A stretch of 61,036 nt of DNA, the filler included. It is 8 parts of 8 records of this genome, joined end to end, with 100 filler letters (N's around TTAATTAATTAA, not from the genome) between each part and the next. Parts side by side here need not be neighbours in the genome. Positions count along the whole stretch, not along the records: positions 37,285 to 43,690 come from SRR15195285_1796; positions 43,791 to 54,745 come from SRR15195285_1799; 6 more parts are not named here. One strand, 5' to 3'. Position 1 is the first letter of the stretch. Each line of letters begins with the position of its first letter. Shown here piece by piece: positions 39,413-50,700 of this stretch. The notes beneath the pieces are model-generated. The model searched no databases. It was not told the DNA's origin and worked only from the letters and a program-made list of their open reading frames with translations. Both the position numbers and the translations under genes were made by a program.

Positions 39413-41089
39413 ATGGGTGCTCACCCTACACAGCCAGCATTATCCTGCGGCATGGAGCAAGAGCTGCAGAGGACCAGCACAGTTCGCATCGGGCAGCAAA
39501 CGGAGCCCGACAGGTTGACTTCTTCCAGCCCGGAGCAAGAGCTGCAGAGAACCAGCACAGTTCGTATTGGGCAGCCAGTACAGGTAGGGTGTGAAACAGA
39601 GCCTGCGCTAGAACAACGCTTGTCTGAACCAGAAGCGTTTAACGCAGTCGTGGAAGCTGAACCACGGCTGGAGCGGACGAGAACAATCCGCATTGGACAG
39701 CAGCCACTATCGCCACACTCTGGAGTGGGTAGTCTATTGGGCACAGAGCACGAGGCAGACCAAGAACCAGAGCCAAAGCCGAAGCCGGAGCCGGCGCCAG
39801 CGCCAGAGCCAGAGCCGGAGCTGGAGCCAGCTGATCCAGCTACAGAACTCGATGAGCGCTACTCAGAGCTGATGTTCGCCGCTCGCAAAGGTGCCGAGCT
39901 GGCCTGTGCAGCGCTGTTCTGTCGCGTGGAGCCACGTCAGAGAGCGCGGCGGAGATCAATTACGAGCCTGCTCGGTATAAGAAATGAAGATGAAGAGTCG
40001 CCTCCAGAGAGTGCACTCGGTCGCACAGTACGCGTGTTCTGTGACGAGATTGTGGCGCGTGCGACACATCAAAGCAAGTCAATGCAGCAGCTAGCAGAGA
40101 TACGGGGCAAGCCCGTACGTACCACCCCAGCAGAAGCAGCAACGATCTTGAGAGACGTCGGCAGCTTCTGTGAGGCTATGTCGGCCCATATTGTCGAGGT
40201 ACATGCTGACGAGTTGAAGAGTGCTGCCGTGTTGGCGGTCGAGTGCATGTCACTAGGTGCGACCGTAGACGATTCGGGTGCTCGAGACAGTCTAGCTGAC
40301 GACTTGTTGCTTCTCGAGTGCAGGTGAACTGTCCGTGCAAGGTTTGATTGAGGCTGTCCAGCAGGCGATCGAGCGGGTCACCGGATCGATACTGTACGGG
40401 CATCTAGGGCCCATGTTGCTCGCAGTTGCCGCGACCACTCGTGCTTCCATCAATCTGGAAGCGAATCCGGCTGGCGGATCGCTCAGCCAAATTCCAGTCG
40501 GCACTGAGCTATCCACGGGACGCTTGGACCTTTTGCTGCGACACCGCGTCGCCTTGCTGACGAGTTTGCCGCAAGAGTCGCTAGGTGTTGAGCGTGCGTT
40601 GGTCTCTTCGAGCGATTGGCATGTCGCCTGCATTGCACTTGGGAAGACGTCGAGCGCAAACTCACCCATAGCACAGCTCGACTGTCTAGTCCATGCAGCC
40701 GAGCTTGTCTACGACACTATTCGGAAGGAGCATCCGCTCGTCAGTGGTCAGTCACAGCGTGTGATTGCTGCAGACGAGTTCACTCCGATCTTTGTCTGGG
40801 TGGTGCTGCACAGTGGCGTCACAGATCTCTGCTCAGTACGCCAGCCTTTGTGTCCTTCTCCATTACAATTAGTTGCTGTTTCAGTAACAGGGTAGCCATG
40901 TAGCGATAGCTGAGCTTTCTGTTGTGTCCGTGTGGACAGGTAGCTGAGTTGCTTTGGAATATTGTGCCCCCTTCCCAGCTCAATGGTGAACGTGGGTACT
41001 ACTTAAGCCAGCTCACGACTGCGCTTCAGGTACTGTTAACGATGGACCCAGGTGAAGTCGGACCAGAAGGAGACGTGGTCGCAGTCTGA
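39413..41089 (+). CDS. VPS9-domain protein (Rab5-family GEF), multi-exon; start uncertain
   Basis: SPIAQLDCLVHAAELVY...IAADEFTPIFVWVVLHS, then exon VAELLWNIV...GERGYYLSQLTTALQVL ending in TGA at 41087-41089; N-terminal low-complexity region with ELQRTSTVRIGQ repeats and EP tract. Confidence 0.85.
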
Positions 41090-41222
41090 GGGCATACGAT
41101 ACAAGGGCTGTATCAATGAAAGCAATGTGTAAGTCTAGTCAATGCAGGTACACGAGTGGTAGCAAATTTCTCATCACATCTCCAGCAACTCTTCGTTTGC
41201 CCGCTACTGTATGGTCCTAGTA

Positions 41223-43682
41223 CTACGCAGTCCAAGTGAAACCCTGTGCCACCTTCGGACTTGCCCGGCTTCCTGCTGCCGGTTGCTGCTTCGTGAACTC
41301 GCTCCCACATTCTATCTCCCCCATCACACGTAACACTACCTCGTCTGCGTAAGGTTTCGCCATCACCTGGACTCCAATGGGCAGCGCAAGGTTGGTTGCC
41401 GTCACCGCCTCGTAGGCGCGCCGGAGAGGTCGGAGGGTCTGTTTATCGCTGGCGTGGCGCACGTTGCTGGCCCACCAATTCTCATCGGTCTTGTCGAGAT
41501 TGGCAGCATCCATTCGTATCACTGGAACAACACCGGCAGTCCAGTCCAGGAGGTTTGCGAGGTACTGATACGACGCCGACTGCACAAAATCGCCCGTAGC
41601 GCCGTGTGGACAAGTGGGCAGAACGTGGGCCGGGGTGAGCAGCACGTCCAACGACTGCTTTTCCATCTGTCAAGAAAGTTTCCGCCATACACAGCAGTCA
41701 GTCAAGCAAGCACAAGCACAAGCACAGCAAATTCAGTCAAGGCATGGTAAAGACGCATCAGTGGGACGAAAGGTCCTATCATCCTATTGAAATCCAGAAT
41801 AGCAGTGCTGTTTGCCCGACTGCCGTCCTGCATGGGCGTGCCTCCGAACACGCACGTACCTGGGCAGTGAACGCGTCCGTCAAAGAAGCTTGTCGTGCCA
41901 GGGACTCGTAGTAGGCAGTTGTGTCTTTGACTCCGATATTTTCGAGCATATGCGCCGCAAATGGTGAGCTAAGACAATGCCGTGAGATCCATGGCAGCAG
42001 CCACCATCGCACTGCATTGGGCAGTGGCAGGGTTGCCATGACTACGAGCTTTTTAATAAAGGGCATGAGTGGTTCTCCCTGTCGAACACACAGCTGGCTA
42101 TGAGCCTGCGCTTGTGGCCTTTGAAAAGGGTGATCATGGAAACACTCAGAGAGAGAACTGGTAACGCTCATGCAAGAACTTACTGCGAGAGCTTTCACGA
42201 TATGAGCCGTTCCCTGTCCGAAGGGTCTTGACATAGTTAGAATACATACACTGCGCGTGTGCACGTAGCATAGAAATTTACTACGATCTCCTCTAAACAA
42301 TTTCAGTTTGAATGGGGCACGAGATGCATATATGATGCCCGCACCGATGAGATGAGACTAAAGAACGTTGCCATTGCCGTCGGTATGGACACATCTCCAC
42401 CACCACAGCCTTCTGTACCATTCAAAACCCCGAGATCGAAGGGCTCGACATGATGACCTGCTGCACTTAGGATCTCGACAGCGGTATGGACCGCTCGCTG
42501 GCATGGTGGCATGGGTGTCATGAAACCATCGTCGACGTACCAGCCAATGCGCAACTTTCGCGTGCTGGCGTACTCCTCGTGGTTCCAAGGCATAACGATT
42601 TGGTGAGGATCAGCTGCGCGCATGATCTTGATGCCTCGTTCCGTCAAAACGCCTCCGTATAGGGTCGCGATATCGTCTACGTGCCTTCCAAGAACCCCTG
42701 GCACCGAAGCGAGTGCTGTCTGCGAGCCGTGAACGAGTGTGGGCGACTTGCGGATGCCGGAGAGTCGATTGCGTGCCGGTTTGATGCCGCAGCAGCCGGA
42801 CATGTGAGCAGGTGTGCGACAAGAGCCACCAATGTCTGTGCCGATGCCAACAACGCTGCCTCCGCTTGCAATTAGGGCAGCCTCACCGCCGCTAGAGCCG
42901 CCAGGTATAAAGTGCACGCTCGACGGCGTAGATGTTCGACCATATACAGGGTTCTCACATTCGAACGAGTACATTAGCTGTGGCACATTTGTCTTTGCAA
43001 GCGGCACGGCGCCAGCGTCTAGTAGTGCGTCGATAAGTGGAGCGTTGCGCGTCGGGGTGTGGTCAACGACACTGTCTTGGCTCTTGAACTTCCCAAGACC
43101 TGCGGTCGCGTCCGTCCCCTGCAGCTGGAAACACTCCTTCAGTGAAAACGGGAGACCGTGCAGTGCACCGCGTCGTAGCTTGTCGCATGCGTCCAGCTCC
43201 TGCGCGCGTGCGAGCGCCTCGTCGGCAAGTGGGTTGCCAGCTAATACGCGCTGGGAACTGTTATCGGCACCCCGAACACTGCCATCCGCAGCGAGCGGCT
43301 TGCATGGAACGACACAGTGCGTCATCTCGTGTGCGATCCGCGCGCGATCAAGCATCTCTGCCACTACCTTCTCAGCCGACGTTTCACCAGATGCCACGCC
43401 CGCCAGAATCTCTCGCGCCGTCAGTGGTGGTCCAAGCGCGCGCATTTTCGACGCCCCCGCCTCTCGTTCCTTCGCAGTGGCGCGGGCAGCACCCTGAGCA
43501 AACGCGCCTGGCGGGGGCGTGCCCAGCGGGGCAGTGCTAGATCTAGCAGCGCGGGTTGAGCCAGCAGCGCTCAAGAGCAGACGCCCAACGAGCAGCGCCG
43601 CCGCCGTCCCCAGAGCGAAACGCAGCGATACACATGTACCGATATATACATAGTCGCTGGTTGGCCAGCCAGCGACCTCCAT
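41223..43682 (-). CDS. Amidase-signature enzyme, fatty-acid amide hydrolase-like, multi-exon
   Basis: LHGLPFSLKE (catalytic Lys), KTNVPQ, PGGSSGGEAALIA, GIGTDIGGSCRTPA (Ser-cisSer-Lys triad), C-terminal LPIGVQV...DEVVLRVM; N-terminal hydrophobic anchor. Confidence 0.92.
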
Positions 43683-43690
43683 AGAAGGGC

Positions 43691-43790
43691 NNNNNNNNNN
43701 NNNNNNNNNNNNNNNNNNNNNNNNNNNNNNNNNNTTAATTAATTAANNNNNNNNNNNNNNNNNNNNNNNNNNNNNNNNNNNNNNNNNNNN
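43691..43790. other. Artificial contig spacer
   Basis: 44 N + TTAATTAATTAA + 44 N. Confidence 0.98.
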
Positions 43791-44742
43791 GTCTTAGCAC
43801 ATGCAAGTTCCTTCAGGAACTGAGCATGTACTACCATACAGCTGTACCCCATAGTACTAGTACGTACGTACTAGTACTAGCTAGTATCTAGCGAGGATAG
43901 TAGGATCCTCTAGTCCTCTACCGTACCGGTCTAGTAGAGATTACTCATGAAAATACGGCTCGGTTTATTGAACGCGAACCCGTAACAAACACGAGCACCC
44001 GGGTCCTCGGCGACGCGCACCCGGGTGCTCGACCGCGGTCTGCGCGCGCGATGCACGCACATGTCGCGAACGTCAATCCGATCCGCGACGCCGCGGTGCT
44101 CGCTCTCCGCGGCGCGCCGTCGACTGTATAAAGATCGATCCCGTGCTCTAGCGCTAGAGATCCGCAGGCGGGCCGTCGTCGCCCGATCCTCGAGCGCGCA
44201 TCCCAAATCGAAACTGAAGCGTCGCTGTTCTACCGACTGGCGGCCAGTGAGCGGCGCGCTGCAATCGCCCTGAGACACGGACGGGAAGAGCCCAGGGTTG
44301 CTTTGTTCAATCGTGCCGCTACAAGTTCCTAGTTTGGTCGATTCGACACGGGCTGCGCCGGCTGATGAGCTGGCAATAGAAGCTGCGTGGGCATCGATTC
44401 TTGGTTCCGCAGGATCAGCGCAGGATCAGCGCAGGGCTGGTCGAGCGCTCACGTATCCGCGCGCTGAGAGCATAGCTGAGGGCTACTGGCGGTGAGTCGT
44501 GCTGGACTCAAGATCGCAAGAAGATTGTCCAGGGCCTGTCAGGCACGTGGCATCCTCGCGACCATCGCATGCAGAAGGGGAGGCAGGCACTATATGCGGG
44601 TAGAAACGGCAACCAGAACCAGGGGCGTCTTGAACTGTCGCACGCTTCTACTTGGCAGAAGCGCGTGATCTCACCCTGAACGGTCTCTGCCGAAAGCCTG
44701 GTCGTGAGTGGGTCCTGCTCGATTGGCTGCAGAATAACCCCA

Positions 44743-47700
44743 ATGCCGCGCGCGGAACCAGGCGCTGCGAGCGAGCTGAGACCGCTGCTCGGCCCCGATG
44801 GTGGACCAAACAATGGTAGCGACCGTGGCGAGTTGCGCCAAGCGGGTAGCTTAGACTCTACCAGACGCACACCTAGTTCGGCCTCCGCTAACTGGCCTCA
44901 GCGGCTGTACTACTTCATGTTTACCGCGTTGATATTGCTGCAGACCCTTCGGGCGGTGGGCACAGACTGGCACAAACGAGACGATTCCGGCTGCGAACCG
45001 ATATGGTGGGCGATGTGTTTGCGGTACTTGCCAATATTGACTGCCGCTCTAGTGCATTTGCTTGGTTGGTGTTGGAACAAATCCGAGCAGCGTGCTAAGG
45101 CGCATGGAAACGCCACATGGATGGCCACATGGAAGGCTGCATGGAAGTTTGGACCGACGGTCACCATGTGTAGAGTCTTTTCGACAGCGACAATATTTTA
45201 CACCGGCATGGCAAAATTCGACTTCGGACATTGTGGATTCTTCATGCTTGGACTTTGGCTAGCTTTGGTTGGCATACGTAGCCACCAATCACTTCATTGG
45301 ATGAGTCACTTGTGCAAACTCTTGATGTTCTTCGTGTACTGCATGAACTTTCCATGGATCGATGAGCCAGGGATGTGGACAAAGTCTTTCGGCATTACGA
45401 GCTTGAGCGCGTGTGAAGATTCCGATCTATTTAGTTACACGTGGCGAACCTTCGGCTGGCCGACGTTGGCAGTAGCCACTACCCTGTGCTGGGAAAAAGC
45501 AGTAAACGAGCGAACGGCAGCATTGGATACAGAAATGCGAGGTGCCTGGGCTCATCTACAACCCGACTTGCGTATTGAGAACGCGAAGCACGTTTGTGCA
45601 ACTGCGGTTTTGCTTGCGACCGTGTATGGCGCCGGAATCCGCGACGGTAGCACGATCTTAAGGGCTGTAACTCTTCTCTTCGCTGGTATCATGCTCACAT
45701 GGAAACGTACGACACTGTGTGGATGCCGCAAACACGCAATGAAGATCGTTCGGGTGTGGTTGGTAGCCATCATTATTGCCAAATATTGCTACAAGTCGTC
45801 GCTGTTCCGCGTTATGTTTGGCACGCATGTCTTCTCGAAAGACGAAATGCTGAGTTGGCTCGGAGACTTTCGGGAGTGGGCGCCAGAGTATTCACCTCGT
45901 GATTTACTCAACGACATTGGGCTTGTCACACGCCCGCCAAATTTTTGGTCTGCTAGTGGAGGCGCGATGTCTGATTTGCTGCCAGAGCTTGTCGCGTTGG
46001 TCGCAATCGGTGATCTACTACGAGTGAACACAAAACCTGACGCTATGCAAACAGACCCCGTGCAACTGCTCGTGGCGAAGATTGATGAAATTGCAGAGTT
46101 CATCGCTGAACACCCTGATGGGAAGCCTGTAGTTGCATGGTGTACGCACCATGTACGGGTGTTTCGGGAAGATTTCAGCCAGACGCTTCGCCTCGTGTGC
46201 ATCACGATGGTCTTTTGGATGGGAACGTACGAGTTGACCTTGTTCAATTTCGTCTATTTTGTCACAGGTATAGCATTGACCTTTAGCTGGGGTCATGACT
46301 CCCCAACTACGTGGTGCCCCTCAGTCTTTACTGATATTTTCGGCAAGGTCCTTCCACTTGTGCACTTGACGAGTGTCTACGTATGGAAGCTCGAGTTCTG
46401 GCAACAGGTTTTCCCGGACAACTCAGACGGATCAATCATACCCCTGGAGCGAATTGAGACCCTCTTTGGATGTGACGCGAACGAAACCTTCACCTGGATC
46501 GGCTTCCGTGGAGTGGTGATGCGCAAAGTCGGGCAACAGTATGTACCGCACACGTCCACGTATGCTCCGTTCGTTGTGATGATCTCCTTGGCCTTGTACG
46601 ACTGGCTCAGTCCAGGCGACGAGGATGGACGTGGAGACACAGAGCAAAAACTAGACGAAGAAGAACAGAAACGAGCTGAAGAGGACAGCAGCATCCTCTC
46701 AGCGGCCGCGTTTATTATGGACAAGTATACGTGGCTTCGAGACAAGATTACTGACCAGGCATGTTTTGTTCCCGCGTTCTATGCACTGTTGATTTGGACA
46801 CCAGTTTTGCGTGGACAGGTGGACCTTGTCAGTGGTATGTACCTGTTCTTGCTGGTTTGCTTCACGCAGAGCCAACGTCAGCAGCAGAGTTCTGCAGGTG
46901 ATTGCAAAACGTACCCAAGTATTATACTTGCTACTGTCGGTCGATCGCTTGCGAGGTGTATGTCATGCATATCCCGCTATCAGATGGGCTTGCTGTCCTT
47001 GGTTCTTTGCGTTCGTTACGCAGTGTATCTCGGCAGACCGCCGGATTGCGATTGGCTGTCTCCGCCGGGGCAGCTGATCACGAGGAACAGCACTCTTCGC
47101 GTCTGGTTTGGAATAGCAAACGAGTGTGTTGCAGACAAAATCTACTATCAGCCGTGCGCAGTGGAGGATTTGTTGAACGACTTTGCGATCTTGTTGTTCA
47201 TGGCATGCTACACCCGATGGACCTCAAATACAGCCAGTTCTGATTCTAGTATCAAGGCGACGGAAGATCGTGTTCCTCAGTATGGCAGCAGCTGGCTTGA
47301 CCATTTGCACTGTCTATTCTGGCACTCCGGTGGAGTCTTCGTCCTCCAGACAGTTTTGCTGTACTTGCTGGTGTGTCAGTGGGCAGCTGCAAACGTCTCT
47401 CAGAGGGCTAACCACAATGATGGCCCGCAAGCAGAGAGACAAGGCACGTCCGTTTGGACTTGCATAGCTACCTGGCTGTTGTTGCGTACCTTCCGATATG
47501 AGGACATCAGCGACTCCGCTAATTGCAGGGAGACCGTTCAAACCAGATTTGAGCTGCTGCAGAACGATGCCAAAAGGCTTTTCAGATTGGCATGTGGGAC
47601 AATGTTTCTGTACGCGATGACTCAGCCCCCTCTGGGTACGAAATTTCTGGAGTGGGTGCACTGGAACTTTGAAACCATCTGCGAGACTCGCGTTCTGAAA

Positions 47701-50700
47701 GCTCTTATGATTTTTTTCGGGGTTCCGCTGCAAACTATTGAGCTCAAATCTGCGTCTGCTATGAACACATCATACCTCACCATGCTAGCGACTACAGCTC
47801 TTTTCGCGCTGAGCTTGAAAACCATTCTGAGAAGACCCATGAGACACAAAGTTATGCTGGAACAGTACGAGCGGAACGAAGCCAAGACAAAGCAACTTTC
47901 GGACAAGTCTAATCTGACTTGCAACTTCTTGTGGCGAGAAACGATGATTGCAGACAACGAAGAGCGTACACCCCGCGGTCAGGCCCGAAAAGGTTCAACC
48001 AGCACTGTGGGGACGGTCAGTTCTTGGTTCGAACACGTGTACACCAACCTACACAAGAACTGGATTGACAAAGTCATCCATGGATCGGACTCCGATTCTG
48101 TTCAGAAGAGTGCGAGGGCCTTCGATACTTCACAAACGGAGCAGGAACCGTCGTTGGAGCCTGAACCTGAACCTGAGCCAGAGTTACAGCCGGAGCTGGA
48201 GCCTCTCGTAGAGAGCCATGGCGCCAAACTTCTTGCGCAGCTCATCTTGGGCTCTCTGGTTTTGGTCTTGCTGTCTACCTTAGGCTGGTTTATCTACAAC
48301 TGGACCCCTCTAATCGGCTCGATCTACTTTTTTGTCATGCCTGTTGTTCTACTGCTCTGTATGTCCTTTGTTGCCGTCATCAGCTATGACGTTTACAAAG
48401 AAAAAAGTGACAACGAGAAAAAGTTCATAGATAATTGGATCTCTGCCGTCATCAGGCGTGAACCCCATCCCGAGTGTCGTCTAGACGAGAAGGACTTTAA
48501 GTGGCTTGCGGAGAAGCTGGGCATGGATCCTCCGCCCAAGGATGGGTTCGAAACGGCTTGCACGCAATCCAGTGTTGACACAAGCATTGACGAATTTCTG
48601 GACTGGTACGAAAAGCACGAGCCAGATCCTGACGCCAGATACAGAATTCAGACAAAGGAGAAAGGGAATGAGAAAGGAATGCTGAAGGAAAAACATCAGA
48701 GGAGACTAGTACAAAAGCTCCCAAAGTTTCAGAGTTTTCGGGCGCAGCAAGCGCAGACTAACATCCTTGACTGTCTGCCAAAATTTCTCGAGCGTCCCGC
48801 ACATCAGTTTGACGATCTTGCAAAAAGCATCGCTTTTGCTCTCGCCAACTTTCTTGTAAGACTCCTGCCTCCGTGTTGCAATATGACCGTGGCTCAATTC
48901 ATGCGGACCCGACGTTGCGCAGGGAATTGCACGAATGTGTTGGTTTGTCGTCGTTGGTCAAAGCCTCCAGCTCTGCTGCATGATGATCTGCCTTGGGTTC
49001 ATCGAGCACAGAGACCTGGTCTCCGCCATGTTGATGGCATCCCTGTTCGGTTATTACTTTGATGCCACCACAAACCACCTAGCACGGTGCAAGTGTAAGC
49101 TCATACTAGGTCTAGATCGCACTCGTAGTTGCGCCGGTTTTGGTCTGACCCTTGTTTGCGTATAGTTTGGTGTTCTGCGATCGACGTCCTTCAGCTGCGG
49201 ATGCTGACGGCTCAGCTGGTGACTGCGGTGCCTCCATTTGCGCTGGTCGTGGGCTGCCTTGTCTGGTCAATATTCATATGCTGCCGTCGGCCGTCGGCTG
49301 TGCCGAATTTGTTGCCTCATTTCAGGGTTACACCGCAGGACCTGCCACCAGCCTTACTAATCATAGGACTGCAGGGGCTGCTGGGCGCTCTGGTTTGGCC
49401 AGCGATCATTCTACTCGCCATCACAGCTTACTTTGGCTCTGTTGATCCCCACAATGATGACCCTGGAACCGTCATATTTGGGATATCTGTGCTTCTGTTT
49501 GGCGTTTCTGTCATCGGTGCATTATTCTTCATCATGGTCAGCCTGGGACCAACAGTTGGGCTATGGTGGGGGGCGGCTTGGGTTGCAATCGTGTGCATCG
49601 CGGTGTGTGCCACCAGTACATGTATACACACCGCAAATTTTAGTTTCACGGATGAGCTCGGGAAACCTGCAATGTGCTTGGCATATAGTTTACTCCTAGC
49701 GTCGTTCTGGTTCGTTGGTGAGATGGTCTTACCAGTGATTTTGGGCAGTCAAACAGAAGACCTGTTTTCCTTGGAAAATATGTGCGAACAATTATATCAG
49801 CCTGATGGTACCGAGTGGTCAGGGCATGTGCTGGACGTGAGTGTGAGTGGATGGGACGTTGCTTTATTGTTAGTGCTGTTGCTTCACCGGCAGCGGCTGC
49901 GTCGCCGAGGCGAATGGTCTGTGGAGCTCAACAGCGACCTAAATGATCTGACACAACGCCCGTTCTCGCTGTTACCTTCGGTTGAGTTCTGGGACCGTGC
50001 CCTAATCGACCCGCTGAAGCAACACGTGGCCGCGCGGGTGCAAAAAATGCTGTTGGGTGCAAAAAACAGCATTCGGGAGGAAGTTTTTGGTATGAGCTTT
50101 CACACGTGGAAGATGGTCTCTGGAGTTCTCGTACTGGCCGCGGCGACCCTCTCGATGATGTGTGTGTTTGACGACATTCCTGTTGGCTGGAACGAAAACA
50201 CCGGCGGATGGGGGTCGATCAAGTGGACAGGCCAGCAAGATGTTGGCAGCTGCCTAAGTACCAATATGACGTATATCATAGTCATGGCCGGTTTCATGTT
50301 ATTCTTCGGTGCAGTTGGTCTATTGAGTTGGGCAGCCGTGACACGCATTGAACTGGAACATTCGAACGCCATGTACGCCTACGCGGTCATCGACTTCCAT
50401 CAAGATTTCGATGTTGTCGACTTCGCAGAAAGGTTTTTTGACACGGGCCAAAGATGCCTGATCGTCCTCGACAAGGGGAAGAAAGAGCACTGGCATGTCC
50501 ACGGAACCTGGCAAGAAGCGTACACGCAAGAAGCGTACACGCAAGCAGCGTACGAACAGTACCCACACCCCGCCCGCAAGGGCGAAGGTCATTCGAAGAC
50601 GCGCCCACCGGTGCGAGTTACGTTCGATAAAGACGAAAAGGGGTTGCAGTATATCTGCAAGAAAGATGCTGTCAACGTGATACGCAAGTGGCACATTACC

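Noticed and set aside
41704-41730. (AAGCAC)n microsatellite
   Set aside because: Short intronic simple repeat in the amidase gene with no sign of function.
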